Shown here piece after piece: positions 56,501-64,000 of a stretch of 64,000 nt of DNA. The DNA is from Macrostomum lignano (lineage: Eukaryota): the NCBI GenBank assembly GCA_002269645.1, contig NIVC01000538.1, forward strand, positions 483,497 to 547,496, written 5' to 3'. The position numbers and the translations under genes are program-made. Each line of letters begins with the position of its first letter. The stretch's first letter is position 1. The notes beneath the pieces are model-generated. The model had not been told where the DNA came from. It searched no databases and worked only from the letters and a program-made list of their open reading frames with translations.

Positions 56501-57559
56501 CTCGCTTCAGTGCTGGAGGGGCATTCAGGATAATGGCCATCTGTCTCATCAGTCATCACCAAGCTTTAATTATAAATCTCTTTTTATTAAACAATTTTGC
56601 TGCCGAATGAAACATTTGAGAACGCAGTGATTGTCTGTGCCTAACTTCTGGAATATGAATTGCATTACGACTTATTATTTAGCAAATTTATCTGTAATTA
56701 TCGCACTATTAATCCAAATATTTATGTCACTTTTTTGTATAATACACTGTGTAGAGTCGTTATTACCAATTTAAACAAAACTTGCACACAAATTTTCTAT
56801 GCAAATCGGCCACGAGAAATGTGCGAAAGTTCGACACCGAGTTTGGATAGAGTTTGCCATCAATGTATTACACCTGTAAGCCACATAATCTATTGTGCTC
56901 ATAAAATGTTCATCACGAGCCGTTGTGTTAATCCACTCTTTAATCCCAAATTAGCATTAATACTTGTTGAGCTTCTCCAGTGCTTTGGAAGTTTTTTCAT
57001 TATTAGGTGTTCGAGTAAAAAACCTGCTGTTTCTACTATAAGTAGTTGAAGCTGCACTGAAGGGCAGGCTGCCAATTCTCGCACTGGACACTGCGCAGTG
57101 TTTTGCGTCACAACTCACACAATGTTTTTTTTAGCTCTCGCTACATTTGCTGAAATTCTTCTTTTAAAAAATTGTTTTACCTGCTGGCTACCTCCCAGTT
57201 GCTTAATTCGGCACTGGGATTCGAATTCTGCCGCTTCTCTCTCTCTCTCTCTGTCTGTCTCAGTTATTACCGTTTTGTTCACAGTTCTATGGTTTTATCC
57301 TCGTTTTTATTTAAGTATTCCGCAGTTTCTGCTTGGCACCTGTTGCTGGTTAACCATAGTTAAGTCATAAACTGACGCCAGACTGCTGACCACGCTGATT
57401 GTACGAATAACCTGGCATTGAAATCCAACTAGTTAATATACACAAGTGCTTGCTATGGAATTTTGAGCAACTTGACTTTTCGCTTCATGCTTTTGCTAGG
57501 CTGGCTAGGTCTGAGAGTCAGGGAGTTGCACTCTGAGGCGGTCTGGGGCTACAATCTGG

Positions 57560-60500
57560 GGGCCGGAATCTGGGAGCGGGATCTGGCAGTGGGATCTCGT
57601 AATGGGATCTGAGATCTGAAACTAGCATCTGGGATTGAGAATGGGATCTAGAACTGCAAAAGGGATCTGGGATTGAGAATGGGATCTGGAACTGAGAATG
57701 GGATGGGGCCGGACTTGAGAATGGGGTGGGGTAATGAGAATGGGATCGGGAGCTGAGAATGGGATCTGGGACTGAGAATGGGTTCTGGGACTGAGAATGT
57801 GATCTGGGACTCAGAATGGGATCTGGGACTGAGAATGGGATCCGGGACTCAGAATGGGATCTGTGACTGAGAATGGGATCTGTGACTGAGAATGTGATCT
57901 GGGACTCAGAATGGGATCTGGGACTGAGAATGGGATCCGGGACTCAGAATGGGATCTGTGACTGAGAATGGGATCTGTGACTAATTATAAGGGGATCTGA
58001 GACTGAGAATTGGATCTGGGACTGAGAATGGGATCTGTGACTGAGAATGTGATCTGGGACTCAGAATGGGATCTGGGACTGAGAATGGGATCTGTGACTG
58101 AGAATGTGATCTGGGACTCAGAATGGGATCTGTGACTGAGAATGGGATCTGTGACTAATTATAAGGGGATCTGAGACTGAGAATTGGATCTGGGACTGAG
58201 AATGGGATCTGTGACTGAAAATGTGATCTGGGACTCAGAATGGGATCTGGGACTGAGAATGGGATCTGTGACTGAGAATGTGATCTGGGACTCAGAATGG
58301 GATCTGTGACTGAGAATGGGATCTGTGACTAATTATAAGGGGATCTGAGACTGAGAATGGGATCTGGGACTGAGAATGGGATCTGTGACTGAGAATGTGA
58401 TCTGGGACTCAGAATGGGATCTGTGACTGAGAATGGGATCTGTGACTAATTATAAGGGGATCTGAGACTGAGAATGTGATCTGGGACTCAGAATGGAATC
58501 TGGGACTGAGAATGGGATCCGGGACTCAGAATGGGATCTGGGACTGAGAATGGGATCTGTGACTGAGAATGTGATCTGGGACTCAGAATGGGATCTGGGA
58601 CTGAGAATGGGATCCGGGACTCAGAATGGGATCTGTGACTGAGAATGGGATCTGTGACTAATTATAAGGGGATCTGAGACTGAGAATTGGATCTGGGACT
58701 GAGAATGGGATCTGTGACTGTGAATGTGATCTGGGACTCAGAATGGGATCTTGGACTGAGAATGGGATCTGTGACTGAGAATGTGATCTGGGACTCAGAA
58801 TGGGATCTGTGACTGAGAATGGGATCTGTGACTAATTATAAGGGGATCTGAGACTGAGAATGGGATCTGGGACTGAGAATGGGATCTGTGACTGAGAATG
58901 TGATCTGGGACTCAGAATGGGATCTGTGACTGAGAATGGGATCTGTGACTAATTATAAGGGGATCTGAGACTGAGAATGGGATCTGTGACTGAGAATGGG
59001 ATCTGTGACTAATTATAAAGGGATCTGAGACTGAGAATGGGATCTAGGACTCAGAATGGGATCTGGGACTGAGAATGGGATCCGGGACTCAGAATAGGAT
59101 CTGTGACTGAGAATGGGATCTGTGACTAATTATAATGGGATCTGAGACTGAGAATGGGATCTGGGACTGAGAATGGGATCTGGGACTGAGAATGAGATCC
59201 GGGACTCAGAATGGGATCTGGGGCTGAGAATGGGATCTGGGGCTGAGAATGGGATCTGTGAATAATTATAATGGGATCTGAGACTGAGAATGGGATCTGG
59301 GACTGAGAATGGGATCTGTGACTAATTATAATGGGATCTGGGACTGAGAATGGGATCTGTGACTAATTAAAATGGGATCTGGGACTGAGAATGGGATCCG
59401 GGACTCAGAATGGGATCTGGGACTGAGAATGGGATCTGTGACTGAGAATGTGATCTGGGACTCAGAATGGGATCTGGGACTGAGAATGGGATCCGGGACT
59501 CAGAATGGGATCTGTGACTGAGAATGGGATCTGTGACTAATTATAAGGGGATCTGAGACTGAGAATTGGATCTGGGACTGAGAATGGGATCTGTGACTGT
59601 GAATGTGATCTGGGACTCAGAATGGGATCTGGGACTGAGAATGGGATCTGTGACTGAGAATGTGATCTGGGACTCAGAATGGGATCTGTGACTGAGAATG
59701 GGATCTGTGACTAATTATAAGGGGATCTGAGACTGAGAATGGGATCTGGGACTGAGAATGGGATCTGTGACTGAGAATGTGATCTGGGACTCAGAATGGG
59801 ATCTGTGACTGAGAATGGGATCTGTGACTAATTATAAGGGGATCTGAGACTGAGAATGGGATCTGGGACTGAGAATGGGATCTGTGACTAATTATAAAGG
59901 GATCTGAGACTGAGAATGGGATCTAGGACTCAGAATGGGATCTGGGACTGAGAATGGGATCCGGGACTCAGAATAGGATCTGTGACTGAGAATGGGATCT
60001 GTGACTAATTATAATGGGATCTGAGACTGAGAATGGGATCTGGGACTGAGAATGGGATCTGAGACTGAGAATGGGATCTGGGACTGAGAATGAGATCCGG
60101 GACTCAGAATGGGATCTGGGGCTGAGAATGGGATCTGGGGCTGAGAATGGGATCTGTGAATAATTATAATGGGATCTGAGACTGAGAATGGGATCTGGGA
60201 CTGAGAATGGGATCTGTGACTAATTATAATGGGATCTGGGACTGAGAATGGGATCAGTGACTGAGAATGGAATCTGTGACTAATTATAATGGGATCTGCG
60301 ACTGAGAATGGGATCTGGGACTGAGAATGGGATCCGGGACTCAGAATGGGATCTGTGACTGAGAATGGGATCTGTGACTAATTATAATGGGATCTGAGAC
60401 TGAGAATGGGATCTAAGACTGAGAATGGGATCTGGGACTGAGAATGGGATCCGGGACTCAGAATGGGATCTGTGACTGAGAATGGGATCTGTGACTAATT

Positions 60501-61228
60501 ATAAGGGGATCTGAGACTGAGAATTGGATCTGGGACTGAGAATGGGATCTGTGACTGAGAATGTGATCTGGGACTCAGAATGGGATCTGGGACTGAGAAT
60601 GGGATCTGTGACTGAGAATGTGATCTGGGACTCAGAATGGGATCTGTGACTGAGAATGGGATCTGTGAATAATTATAATGGGATCTGAGACTGAGAATGG
60701 GATCTGGGACTGAGAATGGGATCTGTGACTAATTATAATGGGATCTGGGACTGAGAATGGGATCAGTGACTGAGAATGGAATCTGTGACTAATTATAATG
60801 GGATCTGCGACTGAGAATGGGATCTGGGACTGAGAATGGGATCCGGGACTCAGAATGGGATCTGTGACTGAGAATGGGATCTGTGACTAATTATAATGGG
60901 ATCTGAGACTGAGAATGGGATCTGGGACTGAGAATGGGATCCAGGACTGAGAATTGGATCTGTGACTGAGAATGGGATCTGTGACTAATTATAATGGGAT
61001 CTGAGACTGAGAATGGGATCTGAGACTGAGAATGGGATCTGGGACTGAGAATGGGATCCAGGACTGAGAATTGGATCTGTGACTGAGAATGGGATCTGTG
61101 ACTAATTATAATGGGATCTGAGACTGAGAATGGGATCTGAGACTGAGAATGGGATCTGTGACTAATTATAATGGGATCTGAGACTGAGAATGGGATCTGA
61201 AACTGAGAATGGGATCTGGGACTGAGAA
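57560..61228. repeat. 3.7-kb satellite of 19-22-bp units (gggatctgggactgagaat, with gactaattataa variants)
   Basis: Visible periodicity. Confidence 0.97.
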
Positions 61229-61383
61229 CTAAATTTAATGAGCTAAAAATCATCGTGTACACGACAAAAACCTGTTGAGCAATTCCGATCGCAGTGCCCG
61301 CGGTTTCTAATGAGCCGGTTATAATTATCACCTTTCCAAGTTCCATAATTACCAAAAGCAAGAGTTGCTAAGAATCTGAATTA

Positions 61384-61500
61384 CGAGGGTTGTCAGGAAA
61401 GTAGTGTTACTTTTACTTGTTGCGGACGTTTGGTCAGTTGCATTGACACAAGTTTGGTGTCGTTTGAAAGTGTCGTTTGAAAGAAAATCCGACTGCAAAA
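61384..61500. mobile_element. Possible left end of a mariner-type element
   Basis: TA|CGAGGGTTGTCAGGAAAGT resembles mariner TIR starts. No matching right end or transposase found. Confidence 0.3.
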
Positions 61501-63701
61501 ACGATGGGCAGACCGGCAGACTTCGTGAAACGGGAAGGCTGCACGACCGAGACGTGTGCGTGGATTGATATTAGAAGACGAAAGAACTTTATTATTTCTT
61601 CAGTTCATCTGCACCTGTCTCTGTTTTCTCTCCCTCTCTGTCCAGTTTAGTCTTGTTATTTTCTCTCTCTCCCTCGCTGCTTTCTGATTGGCTCTCCAAT
61701 CTTGCCTCTTTCCTCAGTCGCGCAATCGATCCACCCCTCATTTTCTTACTTGCACTCAACCGCCCCACCCCAAGTTTAATGTCAAGGACCACTAGAAGTT
61801 ACCGTTGTATCAAGACGTCTAGTAAAATGCTGTTTTGAAGGCAAGCATCGCTAAATAGGTGTAAACAAAAGGGCCTTCAAATAATTCTGCAATATTTACG
61901 AGTGTTACGACCTGATACAATGGTAACTTCTGAGCGTAGTGGTCCTTGGACCTTGTTTAATGTCTTATAAATTTTACTCATTTGGGCCCTGCACCCACTT
62001 ACTGTTTCTTTTCAACTCAAATTAGGTGTCAGATAATTACCCTCAAAAAACGTTTTATACTGCCTCATGGCAGTCGGCGGAGGACGCACTCCTCTGGCCG
62101 AGGCGAAGCCGAGATATTTTCAGAGCAGAATAGACATCGAAGAAGCAAAGAGATAAGATTTGTTGCTCGAACCTTACTGCCAGAAAGGATTCTGCACAAA
62201 GTAATCACTTGCGAGAAGAGCTTTTAATTTGAGGCAACCGAGCCATCAAAGAAGCTTACACAGACATGCTACTTTAAAATCGAAGTTTACCGAGCTGGGG
62301 ATTTTATGAAAAGCCACTGCATCCGAGGTTCTTATGACAATGTTCAGCCCGATACAAAAGAAACGCTTATGAAATAGAGGACCAACCACTTTAAATTTAT
62401 ACCCTTTTGGCCGCGCCGAATAAGTCTATGGTCCAATGTACCTCGTAACAGACGTTTATTTGTCCCGGCCAAATAAACGATCCAAATAAATAATAAGGCA
62501 AACGAATGAGCCATAAGAAAGTACTCAAAGAAATGTACATGTACAAGTAACAGATTATAATGTTTTAGAAAAGCGAGCAGTTGTTAACCAGTTTTTTGGC
62601 TTGACAGTTAAAAGTGAGTCAACGGTCGTAACAGATCAACTCAATCAAAGTAGACAATCACCCCGCACAACTCCACATTGACCCCCTCCCCCAAGTCACA
62701 GAACTCACCAGTTGTCGTGGACATCACTACCAATCACACCTTCACACCAGAGTTTCTCTTCGGACGTCGGCTCTCATTGAATTCCTCGTCCTTCCAGAGG
62801 CTCCATGGCTTTCCGCATTGGTTGAGCAAGTAGTATTGCAGCATGCTGTAATCCTTCAACGTAGAAGCACGTAGAAGTAGAATTAGTAAGCGATCACCAC
62901 GTGAATTTCGGATCTCTAAGCTAAAACACTTAAGAACGTAGTTGAGATCGTTGCTCAAACTCGATAGTCGCTTGCGGTTGCCAATGGCAAGTCACTTAAG
63001 ACAGCTTAGACTTCAGCAAGACTACTAAGTGATTCAAGGCAAATAACTCGAAAATGTCACAGAAAAGGTTTAGTAGAGATTGAGACAACTACTCGCCTCG
63101 GCCAAGAAACTAGTCCTCTGCTTTTGCTTCAGACCAAAGAAATAAATAAACGGAAATAAGTGTCATTTAATACCTACTTGACTACAAGCCAACGCGTAAT
63201 AATATCAAACGCACATGTGCCGCAAAGGTTATTCCACCCTATTCGTGGTTCTTGCCAATAGCTGGTATCATCTTGATGGACTCCCCAAACCTTTCAATGC
63301 TGTCGAGCAGCGTCAACGAACGAGCAACGGATAAATTGGATCTCACTAGAGTTTACTACAATTTTGACGACGGGTGCATCCACCCTATGAATAAAAAAGC
63401 ATTCAATATTCACTTGGTGGACGCCACTCGGCTCTTAGCCCTTCAACACCCGCGACAATTAGTCGAAAAAGCTATTTTTTAAGAAGCCGATCTCCAATCG
63501 AAGACTTGGTCAGGAATAATAACGGAATATAGACGTCCAATGGCTATACTGCAAATGCTATCGGGGCCGCGATTGGTTAGGGCTGACTAAAAAAAGCAAT
63601 TCTAGCTTCTAAATCTTCTAAGTAGCTACGAGCGTGGTACGGATACATTCTGATTTTAGCGGCACAAAATTTTGAGTAAGCTTGACTCCAGAACCATCAC
63701 A

Positions 63702-64000
63702 ATGAATCTCAAACTGCTGACTGCCGCTCTGCTCCTGCAGGCCCTCGTCATCGCCGACTGCCAGGCCAGTTCGAAGAGAAACGAGTTCGACTCGACTCAA
63801 GCGACAGCAGCTCATCGCCCAGTGAGCTTCGCTTCGCGCAAGTCGGCCAGCCGGATCCACTGCTCCGGACTGTGCTCAGCCAGGTCTGGCTGCTTTGGCA
63901 TCTGCTGGCTCAGCTTGCTAGAGACTGCCGGCTCTTCACGGTGTCCGCCTTCTTCAACAGGGACTCCTGGACACTGCTCACGACCGGGCGTTGCGACATC
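63702..64000 (+). CDS. Secreted PAN/Apple-like protein, 5' part (runs off the window)
   Basis: MNLKLLTAALLLQALVIADCQA signal peptide, then SRIHCSGLCSARSGCFGICW; frame is open to the window end. Confidence 0.55.
   Translation, partial: MNLKLLTAALLLQALVIADCQASSKRNEFDSTQATAAHRPVSFASRKSASRIHCSGLCSARSGCFGICWLSLLETAGSSRCPPSSTGTPGHCSRPGVAT

Noticed and set aside
63910-64000. Alternative - strand terminal exon (..SQRPVVSSVQESLLKK..*)
   Set aside because: The + strand signal peptide and Cys pattern explain the region better.

Overview
Eukaryotic (metazoan invertebrate) genomic DNA with spliceosomal introns. About a third of the window is mini/microsatellite. The style (single-exon C-type-lectin/PAN genes, minisatellite-filled introns, GC-rich exons) most resembles the flatworm Macrostomum, but that assignment is inference only. 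Host genes: a DM9-repeat protein (-), a Cdc34/UBE2R ubiquitin-conjugating enzyme (-, 4 exons), an orphan Cys-rich terminal exon (+), a secreted CTLD+PAN lectin (-), a LIV-1-type ZIP zinc transporter (+, at least 7 exons) and a secreted PAN-like protein running off the right end. Positions 11125-29129 are almost continuous nested mobile DNA. It starts with a three-level nest (Harbinger-like MITE > CMC/EnSpm-like element > hAT-like MITE). Next comes the main discovery: a 14.9-kb element (14217-29129) bounded by ~883-bp, ~99% identical terminal inverted repeats and an exact 6-bp target-site duplication (GAAGTT). That is a Polinton/Maverick-like signature, but the element has no recognisable Polinton core genes. 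Instead it carries a spliced ~600-aa C2H2/C2HC zinc-finger gene, and it has been invaded by an RTE-like LINE (2A-like motif, inserted in a (CAT)n tract), a Mag-clade Gypsy element with identical LTRs, and a solo LTR. All gene models were derived by hand; no database searches were run.
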